From a candidate division WOR-1 bacterium RIFOXYB2_FULL_36_35 (lineage in GTDB: Bacteria; Margulisbacteria; WOR-1; XYC2-FULL-46-14; XYC2-FULL-37-10), in NCBI GenBank assembly GCA_001771505.1, contig MEUA01000023.1:2346-66345 (forward strand): DNA of 64,000 nt. The letters run 5' to 3'. Each line of letters opens with the position of its first letter. Position 1 is the stretch's first letter. Shown here piece after piece: positions 49,191 through 58,373 of this stretch. The position numbers were made by a program, and so were the translations under genes. Below the pieces are notes generated by a model, which saw only the letters and a program-made list of their open reading frames with translations, did not search any database and had not been told where the DNA came from.

Positions 49191-50224
49191 CTATTAACTC
49201 CTTTTAAAATATCAAAATTCTTTAAAGCTTTTTCACGAAACTCTTTTTTTATCCTTTTGATATTATTCTTGATTTTTTCTTTTTTTTGCAACGTTTCTAT
49301 AACAATTTTCGTTAAATCATCAAGATTGTTAGGTTTTATGGCAGGAAGATTGGCTTCTTCCATAAAAGAAGAGACTTTCGGATCATAGGTTATCCCTATC
49401 GCAGGAACAAGATGATTTGTCGCAAAAATTAGAGAGTGTAATCGTGTGCCTATAACAAGATCCACCTGAGAAATTATTTTCATTATTCCTTCAAAATTAT
49501 CATGATCTCCCTTTAGTTCGGACTTTTGTTTCATTTTGTGCATTATATTTACACATGAATGGATATCATCTCTCTGATGAAACGGGATGAAAATTATTTT
49601 AGCTTTTAATTTTTTTACTAAATTATCACATATATCAGCAAATTTTTGTTCAAAATTTGAGGGCATATCTTTAAATCTTCTTGGACATATGGCTATGGTT
49701 AGAGAAGTTTTTTGTTTTTTTGTTTTATTCTTTTGTTTTGTAATTTTTGTATTCTTTTTTATGTTGTTTGCTTCTTCTTTGTCAAAAATAAAAGTCGGAT
49801 CAGCCGTCATTATAATTTTAGGTCTTTTCAGTTTTAAGGATTTTACAAAGTCATAAGAGTTTTTGTCTCTCAACGTGATAATATCTGCCAAGTTTAAAGT
49901 TGATTTTATTAATTTAATATTTACTTTTTTCTTAATAGGCCCTATGCTTTGCGCGAAAACAATTACTTTTTTCCCAAAAAACACTTTTGCTGCCCATATT
50001 AAACTTGTATAATAAAGAAGGCTGCGAGTGCTGGTTGCGTCCTGAAGAAGCCCCCCACCGCCGCTTATTAATACATCTGAATTTGAAATAGCTTTTAAAT
50101 TAAGACGATTATGAGCATCAAGAACAGAAATTTGATGATTCTTAAAGCCCTGTTTTATTGCGGCCAAAATCGCTTCATCCCCTGCATTTCCATATCCATA
50201 ATAACCAGATATTGCTAGTTTCAT
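49187..50224 (-). CDS. csaB: Polysaccharide pyruvyl transferase (CsaB-like)
   Basis: 'ISGYYGYGNAGDEAIL' N-terminus typical of the PS_pyruv_trans family; 345 aa. Confidence 0.7.
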   Translation of the reverse strand: MKLAISGYYGYGNAGDEAILAAIKQGFKNHQISVLDAHNRLNLKAISNSDVLISGGGGLLQDATSTRSLLYYTSLIWAAKVFFGKKVIVFAQSIGPIKKKVNIKLIKSTLNLADIITLRDKNSYDFVKSLKLKRPKIIMTADPTFIFDKEEANNIKKNTKITKQKNKTKKQKTSLTIAICPRRFKDMPSNFEQKFADICDNLVKKLKAKIIFIPFHQRDDIHSCVNIMHKMKQKSELKGDHDNFEGIMKIISQVDLVIGTRLHSLIFATNHLVPAIGITYDPKVSSFMEEANLPAIKPNNLDDLTKIVIETLQKKEKIKNNIKRIKKEFREKALKNFDILKGVNR

Positions 50225-50230
50225 AATGTT

Positions 50231-52198
50231 TTAAACCTTTCGGCTTTTTATTAAAACGATAACGGCACTTAATCCTATCACAAGCCCCAAAATTATTCCA
50301 TTAAAAGACCTTACAACAGATACTATAACAGGAGTATGAATGTGACAGTAAGTATTCAAAAAAGATACAGGGCCAATTATCCCAATTGGCAAAAGGATTG
50401 GAAGCCATTTTGTTTTTCCTTTTAAAAATAAAAATGCAGAAACAATTAAAAAAGGATAACCAATCAAAAATTCTTTCGTTCGAGGCCTTATAACAAGCGC
50501 TTTTTCCATGAAAAGACGAAAAACTTTTTCCGCATGCGGGACAGGAAGCGTAAAGTTCCCTGATCTTGCTATAAAGATAAATAACACCCCAAGAGATGTA
50601 AGTCCCAATAAAATGATCCAGATAGGAATGGAAGCCTTGAATATGTTGAAAATTCTTTCTTTAGAGGCTTTTATGTCAAAACCATTTTCTGTTTTGAAAA
50701 AGAAATAAACCGCTGTTATTAAAACTGGAAGTACAAGGGCAATTTTTATCCCCATAAACACTTGTGATCCCATCATAAAAACAGTATTCGACAAAAGGCC
50801 AAGTATTAGAATAATGCCTAAAACTGTGCATATAATGACATTTAAAAAAATAAGAAGAATATCCAATAAAGTTTTTCCCCATCGTTGATCGATTGGTCTT
50901 TGATCTCTTGAAAATTGAGATATCACCGCATATGATGGAAATACTATCGCAGACAAAAGAGCTAAAATTTTTACTAAAATAAAATCTCCCAATTTCATTC
51001 CGATTATCGGCATTAAACCAACTGATATTATCAAAATAATCCAAGCTAGCCAACCTGAAATACAAATAAAATAATTCAATAAAAATAAAAATCCAATTAT
51101 CACCCCTACCCCAAGTAAAATAATTTGCCATCCCGAAGGTTCAAAATTTACAGGCGCTGATGCTCTCCCTATATTAAAACCTGAGGTTTTTATCTTATTG
51201 TTTATGTAAGATATATAATTAAGATTATACAAAACAGGATCAGCAGCTTTAAGCTCGGGAGGAAAAAAAGGTCTAAGATAAAGGAGTCTAACCCCTCTTT
51301 CTTTAACAGCTCTAACCATCCTGTCTACCGCTTCTTCACTTGTTAATTTTTTTATCTCATTTTTCGGAATGCTATGAACGCGAACAATATCTAACCCCAT
51401 CAGCTTTTTTAGCTTTGTATCACCCTCTTGTTTTATTATTTCTATATTTCCATATTTTATGTTATTTGCTTTTAAAGCTTTTGACAAAGAAACGATGCAA
51501 TCAGGGGCTCCCGCGATATCTTCTCCGTCAAATATTATGGTATCAAATTTCTTAAGCAAATTTACTTTATGAATAATTCTGTTGTTTGTGTACCTTGAGT
51601 CATTCCATATCCTCGGGATAATTCTAAAACCTTTTTCCTTTATTTCTTTTTCCAGGGTTTCTGAAAATCCTATCCCGACCTCATCAAGAGCTGCCTCTTT
51701 CTGGTTAAGAAGCAGGGTATTTTTTGAAACAATCTTCCCCACTCCTGAATCGGTTATTGTCGAAATATTGTCCGCTATCCTATTTAAAATACCAGCGTTT
51801 TTAGCAATTAAAAAAGTTTGTTCTTTTTCAACTTTTCTTTCTTTCACAAGTTTTGAGATTTTAGGGCTTTCGGTAGGATTGTTTTTCAAGCCTTGTCCTG
51901 TTACATAATAAATTTCTCCGTTTATGTTTGCCTGGGGCAAAGTCTCCTCTTTTATCCCTATGGATATAATCCCTCTTTTTTTTATTTCTGTTAAAAGGTT
52001 ATCGAGTGAAACTGTTTTATGCTCCTCATTTTTAATTGAAGACAAAACCATTAAATCATCATAATCCATTACAAGCTCAACTGTTTTGCTAGATGATTCT
52101 ATGTTGTGTCGCACAAAAACAAGGTAAGAACCCGTTAAAATAGCTATTGCTAAGATTATTAATAATAGGACTTTTGTTAGTTTGTTCATTTTTTTCAC
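50231..52198 (-). CDS. Large polytopic membrane protein (possibly DUF5693-like, csaB-associated)
   Basis: 655 aa; N-terminal periplasmic-looking domain plus >10 TM helices; gene immediately upstream of csaB. Confidence 0.4.
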   Translation of the reverse strand: MKKMNKLTKVLLLIILAIAILTGSYLVFVRHNIESSSKTVELVMDYDDLMVLSSIKNEEHKTVSLDNLLTEIKKRGIISIGIKEETLPQANINGEIYYVTGQGLKNNPTESPKISKLVKERKVEKEQTFLIAKNAGILNRIADNISTITDSGVGKIVSKNTLLLNQKEAALDEVGIGFSETLEKEIKEKGFRIIPRIWNDSRYTNNRIIHKVNLLKKFDTIIFDGEDIAGAPDCIVSLSKALKANNIKYGNIEIIKQEGDTKLKKLMGLDIVRVHSIPKNEIKKLTSEEAVDRMVRAVKERGVRLLYLRPFFPPELKAADPVLYNLNYISYINNKIKTSGFNIGRASAPVNFEPSGWQIILLGVGVIIGFLFLLNYFICISGWLAWIILIISVGLMPIIGMKLGDFILVKILALLSAIVFPSYAVISQFSRDQRPIDQRWGKTLLDILLIFLNVIICTVLGIILILGLLSNTVFMMGSQVFMGIKIALVLPVLITAVYFFFKTENGFDIKASKERIFNIFKASIPIWIILLGLTSLGVLFIFIARSGNFTLPVPHAEKVFRLFMEKALVIRPRTKEFLIGYPFLIVSAFLFLKGKTKWLPILLPIGIIGPVSFLNTYCHIHTPVIVSVVRSFNGIILGLVIGLSAVIVLIKSRKV

Positions 52199-52335
52199 AA
52201 GATCAACACCCTGCCTCCTTTCAAACTTTTTTTCTGATTTTTTACATCTGAAGGGTCTGTGTAAATTTTTTAAAGTTTTATAATAATATCATAAAAAAAG
52301 TGAAATTTTTATATATTATGTTGCGATAGTGCATA

Positions 52336-52378
52336 AACCCCGATTATTCGCCCCGAGTAGGAAGGATAATCGGGGTAA
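52336..52378 (+). repeat. Palindromic repeat element copy J (double-hairpin, short)
   Basis: AAACCCCGATTATTCGCCCCGAGTAGGAAGGATAATCGGGGTAAAC. Confidence 0.8.
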
Positions 52379-52426
52379 ACTCTGATGACAAATCGGAGTC
52401 AAATAAAAATAATAAAGGAGTTTTTT

Positions 52427-53827
52427 ATGTCAACAAATACTATAGATTATAAACGAGTAACACCAATGCAAGCGTATAAATGGGCAGCTTCTGGAAAACT
52501 TAAGACAGGGCTCATTGGGCCAAATGACAAAATTAGGACTTATATACCTCCGTATGATCCTGCAATGCTTTTGTTTGCAACTCTTTGTAATAAGCTTGGT
52601 GAAGCAATAATAAAAAGAAGCCCTTTTTTAAGTTGCGGATATGATGAAATGCCAACGGATTTTTATAGTAGGAAACCTTTAAAAAAGGCAGATGATATCG
52701 TTTCTAAAAACATAGAGTTACAAACATCAGAAGGCCAGCCGTTTAATCTTACAAAATTAACCAAAGGATCAAAGCCTAAATCGGATGATTGGAAAAATGC
52801 GAGTATAATATGGGGACCAGGGCTAGGAATTAGATGGGCTACCGGACTTATGGGTACAAGCATAGGAAAAACCCCTGTACTGCAACGGCTGCTAGATAAA
52901 AGCGCTACTGTGTACACAATCGATCAGCCATGGATCGATTCAAATCAAAATTATCCCTTAAGCAACATTAATGAATCGGAAGTTTTGGCAAGGAGATTTT
53001 ATCCCTCTTTTGCAGATTGGGCATTGGCAAACAATTTAGATGAAAATCCCGTTATATTTATGGATCACAGCATGGGAGTTACAAACCTGGAAATACATCT
53101 TTCGATTTATTCTGATATAATAAAAAAAGATCCCAGATTAAAGAAATTGTTTGCGACAAGGCTCTCTTTTGGAACTCCATTTCCAATGGTTGACGGACTT
53201 ATGATGCTTCTCTCTCTTGGCGAGCCATTGTTAGAAAAGATAGGATTAGATTATTTTGACTATCCCGGATTAGGCCCTTTAGTAAAAAAACTTGGCATAC
53301 AAAAACCACTTACAAATAACCCTTTAAATCTTGGCGCTTTTTCTTGTGAAACTCTGCCCTCAGAGTTAATAGATGAATTTTTTGAGCATGCTGTAGCCCC
53401 CTGGTCCAGAAACCAGCTAAGATTTTTCAGGTTAGGTGCGTATCGTGGCCATTTTAGTTATTTAAATAAGCCTCAACCTTTTTGGCCTGGGATGCTGAAT
53501 GTAAATTTTATGGGGACGCGCGATCCTTTAGGTTCATTTTTTGGAGCTTTGGCATACCAAATGCCTCAGCCGCAAAGCATAAGAGATAAAACTTCTTTTA
53601 TAAACGTTGATAGAAGTTTGCCTCCAAGTACGAACTATATATTAGATAACTTAGACGCTATAAACTATATTGTTATTGATCCTGCTACCCATCTTGAGCT
53701 TTTGTGCGCAGGCCCTTCTATTTTTGAAAATTTTATCTGGCCTACAACAGAAGCAATAATAGATTCTATAGTTAATGCTAAGTTGCTAGCAAATAATAAT
53801 GTAAAAAGGAATCAGTTTTATGAATAG
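52427..53827 (+). CDS. Hypothetical protein (possible alpha/beta-hydrolase-like 'DHSMG' elbow)
   Basis: Start moved to ATG 52427 after AAGGAG; no firm domain assignment. Confidence 0.4.
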   Translation: MSTNTIDYKRVTPMQAYKWAASGKLKTGLIGPNDKIRTYIPPYDPAMLLFATLCNKLGEAIIKRSPFLSCGYDEMPTDFYSRKPLKKADDIVSKNIELQTSEGQPFNLTKLTKGSKPKSDDWKNASIIWGPGLGIRWATGLMGTSIGKTPVLQRLLDKSATVYTIDQPWIDSNQNYPLSNINESEVLARRFYPSFADWALANNLDENPVIFMDHSMGVTNLEIHLSIYSDIIKKDPRLKKLFATRLSFGTPFPMVDGLMMLLSLGEPLLEKIGLDYFDYPGLGPLVKKLGIQKPLTNNPLNLGAFSCETLPSELIDEFFEHAVAPWSRNQLRFFRLGAYRGHFSYLNKPQPFWPGMLNVNFMGTRDPLGSFFGALAYQMPQPQSIRDKTSFINVDRSLPPSTNYILDNLDAINYIVIDPATHLELLCAGPSIFENFIWPTTEAIIDSIVNAKLLANNNVKRNQFYE

Positions 53828-54716
53828 GATATCAGTCATTGAAGACTCAGGTTTTTTTGGCAAGATATTCAGATCAAAAGATGTTGAGAATAATTCTTCT
53901 TTAGCCTTTGATTCAGAGCTTGATAAAATCAAAAAATCAGGAAAGACCCAGGCAGAAAAAGTTGAAGATTACTGTAAACTGGCGCTTAAAGAATCTGCTG
54001 CAAAAAGAAGACAAAACGCTATAAAAGCCTTTAGCTTCGCGCTGAAAGCCGTCCCGGGTCCTCTTTCTGACTCTGAAAAAATATTTGCTGGAGTTTTAAA
54101 AGATCAGAAAATAAAAAATCATGAGGAACTGATCAGTAATTGTCTGCATTTAATAGCAGGAGAAATGGCAAAGACCAATCTTTCTGTTCATGATATGACA
54201 TTTATTTCTGGAGGCTCACTTGATAAATTTGAATTCCAGTTTATCCTTGTACAGGAACTTTCAAACGCGTTCCGTTTTAATGAGAGTCTTAAAATTGCCA
54301 TAAAAATGGATGATGGCGCGTTACCGCAGAAAATCAAAGCTTTTACCTATTTAGCTTCAAAGGCAGAGGGCCAATCTGCGCATATATTATTTAACAAAGC
54401 TTTGAAGCTGGCAAGGTCATGCAATGTCAATTATCTGAAAGCTGATTTTGAAGAAGAGATAATCATACAAATGGCTGAATCAGATTTGTTTAATGACGCG
54501 TTAAGAGCAGCATTAAAAATTGAAATTATCAGCAACAAGGTCTCTTCTTTATGCGGGATAGCCGTTGTTATGAATGAAAAGGGTTATGCTGAAAGCGGGG
54601 AAAAAATACTTAACATGGCAAAAAAAATCGTAGAAATTGTAAGCCGATCAGATGCTAACCTTAACCGGTTAATTGAAAGTGCGGAAAATCAAATAAAAAA
54701 ACAATCTTCTTCTTAA
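53820..54716 (+). CDS. Hypothetical alpha-helical repeat protein
   Basis: ORF overlapping the upstream gene by 8 nt; helical repeat character. Confidence 0.4.
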   Translation: MNRISVIEDSGFFGKIFRSKDVENNSSLAFDSELDKIKKSGKTQAEKVEDYCKLALKESAAKRRQNAIKAFSFALKAVPGPLSDSEKIFAGVLKDQKIKNHEELISNCLHLIAGEMAKTNLSVHDMTFISGGSLDKFEFQFILVQELSNAFRFNESLKIAIKMDDGALPQKIKAFTYLASKAEGQSAHILFNKALKLARSCNVNYLKADFEEEIIIQMAESDLFNDALRAALKIEIISNKVSSLCGIAVVMNEKGYAESGEKILNMAKKIVEIVSRSDANLNRLIESAENQIKKQSSS

Positions 54717-54740
54717 CCCCGATTATCCTAATCGGGATTA
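54714..54740 (+). repeat. Palindromic repeat, single-hairpin copy K1 (TAACCCCGATTATCCTAATCGGGATTAAAATT)
   Basis: Perfect 9-bp arms CCCCGATTA/TAATCGGG(A). Confidence 0.75.
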
Positions 54741-54813
54741 AAATTAAATTGCTATATCTTTTATATTGGTTGAATTCTTTGAAAAAAGTATACGATAATA
54801 TATTGACCCCGAT

Positions 54814-54893
54814 TATTCATACATCGAGTAAATGTTTGACGATTTGTTGGTTATTGATTCTGACGTGAACCCCGATTATCCTAATCGGGGTTG
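54814..54893 (+). repeat. Palindromic repeat element copy K2, TTGAC-spacer subtype
   Basis: 60/60 nt identical except one base to copy F (27732..27791). Confidence 0.85.
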
Positions 54894-54901
54894 ATATAGG
54901 A

Positions 54902-56422
54902 GTGAATTTATTGAAAGTTTCTACGGGTTATAAAAAACCACCAATGTTAGTAGTTTTAGCAGGAGGGTTGGGCAGCAGGCTTGCACCTATTACAATTTGT
55001 GAAAAATCTTCCCAAAAAATAAGCGGAACAAGAATCTACAATTCTAACGCTTTTCCCAAACCCCTTCTCCCTCTTGGAGGAATGATTCCTCTTATGCAAC
55101 CTCTTATAGATACAATAAAAAGTGAATGTGAAATTGATCGCACAGCAATGGTGCTTATGTATATGCCGGAAGATTTTAGGCAATATTATGGAAATTCTGT
55201 TGAATATTTTTGGGATCATCAAGTAGAAAGAAATGTTAATCTTGATACAGCTGGTTGTATTTTAGAGGGATGGAATAGTGATATAAGAGGAAGTTTAGAT
55301 ATACCCGCTAATTACATAATACCCTCCGGAGATATAAGGGCTAAAATAAATACTAGAGAGATGTATGACTTGCATGTTAAAAACAACGCCTTGGCTACTA
55401 TCGCTCTTGCACCTGTGCAATGGCATGAAGTTGGAAGGTTTGGAACTGTTGTAAGGGAAGGAGACATAAGGGATATAAATACTGACAGGTTTAGTCTGTA
55501 TCTTGGACAAAAATTCTCTAGAATTCTTGAGTTTAAAGAAAAGACCCCTCACTCTCCAAGTAATTTAAATAATGCGTCAATATATATTATCAGCAAAAGA
55601 TTGTTTGATTTAATAGTGGACGATGTGGATTTTCTTATAGATGATTCATTTCCACACAGGCCAAATGAGATTAAATTATCCGAAGGCAGACGTAAAAGAT
55701 TGGGAGTTTTTTCTTCTTATCTAAAAGGAGAAGGGCTAATAAAGAAAGGGCAAGTCAACCCGAATTTTTCTGATTGGGGGAGACATATATTTCCAGATAT
55801 CATAGAACGTCCACAAATTTATGGACAACAGGAAGCAAATGATCCCGAAGGGTTATACGGGTTTGTTTTTGACGGTTTGTGGTCGGATGACGGAACAAAA
55901 CTTGCTCTTTGGCGCTCAAATATGGAATTACTTGCAGGAATGGGTGGAGTTTTTGGGAATTCTGATTTTTCATGGTGGCCCAAACCTGAAAATATAATAA
56001 AAGGTAACAATGGTTTGCCTGTATGGTATGGAAATAATGTGAAAATATCAAAATCATCAACATTACTAGGACCAACAATTATCGGAGATAATGTTACTAT
56101 TGAAGACAATTCAATAGTAGCCTCTTCCGTCATAGGTTCAGGATGGACTATCGCTTACGGCTCAGAAATAACATCAAGCGCTCTATACCCTGATCGTAAA
56201 TTTTTAGGGCTTGTGGCAGATAACAGACATTTAGAATATAGTGTAAAGAATAAACAGATATATGGTTCTTTAATTGGAAGCGGATTCCCAAAAAATGGCT
56301 CTGTTTTTTTAGTTCCCAATAGCGGAGCCAAATTTAGTTTTTCTGATGGAATTGCAAGAATTGAAAAAGGTGTTATTGTTGCAACAGACTCCATGTTAAT
56401 AATAGACGGTTTCATTCAATAA
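54902..56422 (+). CDS. Sugar-phosphate nucleotidyltransferase with C-terminal left-handed beta-helix (hexapeptide) domain
   Basis: 'LAGGLGSRLAPIT' NTP-transferase motif; C-terminal 'IIGDNVTIEDNSIVASSVIGSGWTI' hexapeptide repeats; start ambiguous (GTG 54902 / TTG 54911 / ATG 54944). Confidence 0.7.
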   Translation: MNLLKVSTGYKKPPMLVVLAGGLGSRLAPITICEKSSQKISGTRIYNSNAFPKPLLPLGGMIPLMQPLIDTIKSECEIDRTAMVLMYMPEDFRQYYGNSVEYFWDHQVERNVNLDTAGCILEGWNSDIRGSLDIPANYIIPSGDIRAKINTREMYDLHVKNNALATIALAPVQWHEVGRFGTVVREGDIRDINTDRFSLYLGQKFSRILEFKEKTPHSPSNLNNASIYIISKRLFDLIVDDVDFLIDDSFPHRPNEIKLSEGRRKRLGVFSSYLKGEGLIKKGQVNPNFSDWGRHIFPDIIERPQIYGQQEANDPEGLYGFVFDGLWSDDGTKLALWRSNMELLAGMGGVFGNSDFSWWPKPENIIKGNNGLPVWYGNNVKISKSSTLLGPTIIGDNVTIEDNSIVASSVIGSGWTIAYGSEITSSALYPDRKFLGLVADNRHLEYSVKNKQIYGSLIGSGFPKNGSVFLVPNSGAKFSFSDGIARIEKGVIVATDSMLIIDGFIQ

Positions 56423-56435
56423 TCCATACATATTT

Positions 56436-57035
56436 TCATCCAAAATGTCTTACGCTATAAGGCCCTCCCCTTCTTTGCGGCAGTTTCTTTATACTTATAA
56501 CCTCCCCTTCTTTTGCTGCACCTGATTTTTGTTTTCTTGCATATTCTGCCATTCCATGTATTTTAATTTGCTTGTCTGTAAAAGATAAAATCTTTTCGGC
56601 CAATTGTGTTTGCGTTTCTAAAACTGCGCTTAAATCAATTTTTTTTGATAAATGAAAGTCAATCAATACAGTATAATTATCTCTTGGATCTTTTGTATAT
56701 TCTAAAAGAAAAGAACCTAAAAAAGATAAAAGGGTAGAAATATGCTCAGTTTTAAATAAGTTGGTTGTCACTATTGTAAATTCAGGGACATCTTTACCAA
56801 AAGCTACATCAAAATATCTAATTAATACTTTTATTAACTGGTTCTTGCTTAAATTGTTCTCAAAATGATTTTTAAAGGCATTAGCTTCATTTAAAGTTCT
56901 CGGGAATGAAAGAGGTTGGGGATTAGCAGAATCAATATGCTTTACCCAATATCCGCTTCTTTTCGGGGGATTTGTACTATTTGTTGCTTTTATTATAGCC
57001 ATATAAATTGTTTTCTTCGCTAGATAAAACTTCAA
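56436..57035 (-). CDS. Hypothetical protein (199 aa)
   Basis: ORF only; downstream of the NRAMP-related gene. Confidence 0.35.
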   Translation of the reverse strand: MKFYLAKKTIYMAIIKATNSTNPPKRSGYWVKHIDSANPQPLSFPRTLNEANAFKNHFENNLSKNQLIKVLIRYFDVAFGKDVPEFTIVTTNLFKTEHISTLLSFLGSFLLEYTKDPRDNYTVLIDFHLSKKIDLSAVLETQTQLAEKILSFTDKQIKIHGMAEYARKQKSGAAKEGEVISIKKLPQRRGGPYSVRHFG

Positions 57036-57042
57036 CCATTTG

Positions 57043-57068
57043 AACCCCGATTATGATAATCGGGGTGA
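57043..57068 (+). repeat. Palindromic repeat, single-hairpin copy L (GAACCCCGATTATGATAATCGGGGTGAAGTC)
   Basis: 8 nt upstream of the start of 56436..57035. Confidence 0.75.
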
Positions 57069-57122
57069 AGTCTATCTAATTTAAGATCATGTATTTTAAC
57101 AGATTATTTCATATGATAATAA

Positions 57123-58370
57123 TCAAAAGAAGGTTAAATAGAGCATGATACATGATATGATAGTAAATCCGCTAATTGTAAGCCATGCAATAAAATTATT
57201 GATGGGTCCATTGATATATTGCTGCATTAATTTTTTATCATTTATTAATTTAAGAACTACAATAAAAATTATAGGCAATAATAAAGTATTTAAAGCCTGC
57301 GATACTACAATAACTAGTATCATTGGAAATTTTGGGAACAACACAAATATAGAGCTTAAAATAAGACAAAACATCATTATGGAATAGAAAATTGGAGCTT
57401 CAAAAAAAGAGGCCTTAACTTTTCTCTCCGTGCCCAAAACTTCTGTTAAAGTATAGGCTGTTCCCATGGAGATAACGCTCGCACCCAATAATGAAGCATT
57501 TAGCAATCCCCACGCAAAAAGATGCTTTGATAAAGGTCCCAACAATGGTTTTATTGCAAGTGCGGCATCAAGGGCGGTTCTTATATGAATGCCTTTTGTA
57601 AAAAGAGTTGCCGCGGCAGAAATCATAATAAAATAAGCAACAAAATCCGTCCAAAATGAACCCATAAAGACATCAAGTTTTGCTGACTGTAAATATTTTT
57701 TGGGTGTTCCTTTATCAACGAAATAAGATTGGATGAAAAATTGTCCCCATACTGTTAAAGTTGTCCCGATTAGAGCTGTCATTGTGAATATATAATCTCT
57801 ATTTAATTGAACTGTTGGGATTAGACTTCCCTGTATCATCGCGTGCAAATCAGGTTTTGCTATGAAACCATTTATTATGTAGCAGAAAAACAACACAGCA
57901 GATGTCATAAAAATGTTTTGTACAAAATTAAAACTTCCTTTTATAATCACATATAAAATCAAAAAAACAAATAGTGGAACAAAAATAAGCCGTGGTACAT
58001 GATAAATATCAGCAACGGAAGCAATCCCAGCAACATTAGCTAAAATATTAGCAAAGTTGACCAAAAAAACCAAAGAAATAAGAGAGACCGCAAAAGGCAA
58101 ACCAAAACGTTCTCGAATAAGATCCCCTAACCCCTTTCCTGTAACAATTCCCAACCTTGCCCCCATCTCTTGTGTTATATAAAGCATAAATGTAATAACA
58201 ATTAAAAGCCACAACATCTGATAACCATAATGCGCGCCCGCAACAGAATAAGTTGCAATGCCGCCGGCATCGTTATCTGCCGTACCTGTAATAATTCCGG
58301 GACCGACAACAGAAAAAAACATTAACCATTTTAATTTCCAAAATTTTATTTTTTTAAAAAAGTTATGCAT
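57123..58370 (-). CDS. NRAMP (SLC11)-related cation transporter with non-canonical metal-site residues
   Basis: Clear alignment to MntH TM1-TM2 ('GPG...AGAHYGYQMLW...GIVTGKGLGDLIRE'); canonical DPGN replaced by DAGG, and the TM6 'MPH' motif replaced by 'TVW'. Confidence 0.8.
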   Translation of the reverse strand: MHNFFKKIKFWKLKWLMFFSVVGPGIITGTADNDAGGIATYSVAGAHYGYQMLWLLIVITFMLYITQEMGARLGIVTGKGLGDLIRERFGLPFAVSLISLVFLVNFANILANVAGIASVADIYHVPRLIFVPLFVFLILYVIIKGSFNFVQNIFMTSAVLFFCYIINGFIAKPDLHAMIQGSLIPTVQLNRDYIFTMTALIGTTLTVWGQFFIQSYFVDKGTPKKYLQSAKLDVFMGSFWTDFVAYFIMISAAATLFTKGIHIRTALDAALAIKPLLGPLSKHLFAWGLLNASLLGASVISMGTAYTLTEVLGTERKVKASFFEAPIFYSIMMFCLILSSIFVLFPKFPMILVIVVSQALNTLLLPIIFIVVLKLINDKKLMQQYINGPINNFIAWLTISGFTIISCIMLYLTFF

Positions 58371-58373
58371 AAA

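Noticed and set aside
52663-52917. Minus-strand 84-aa ORF inside the 52427..53827 gene and plus-strand small ORFs inside recG (1510..1710, 2378..2608)
   Set aside because: Embedded antisense or out-of-frame ORFs with AT-rich low-complexity translations and no start signals.
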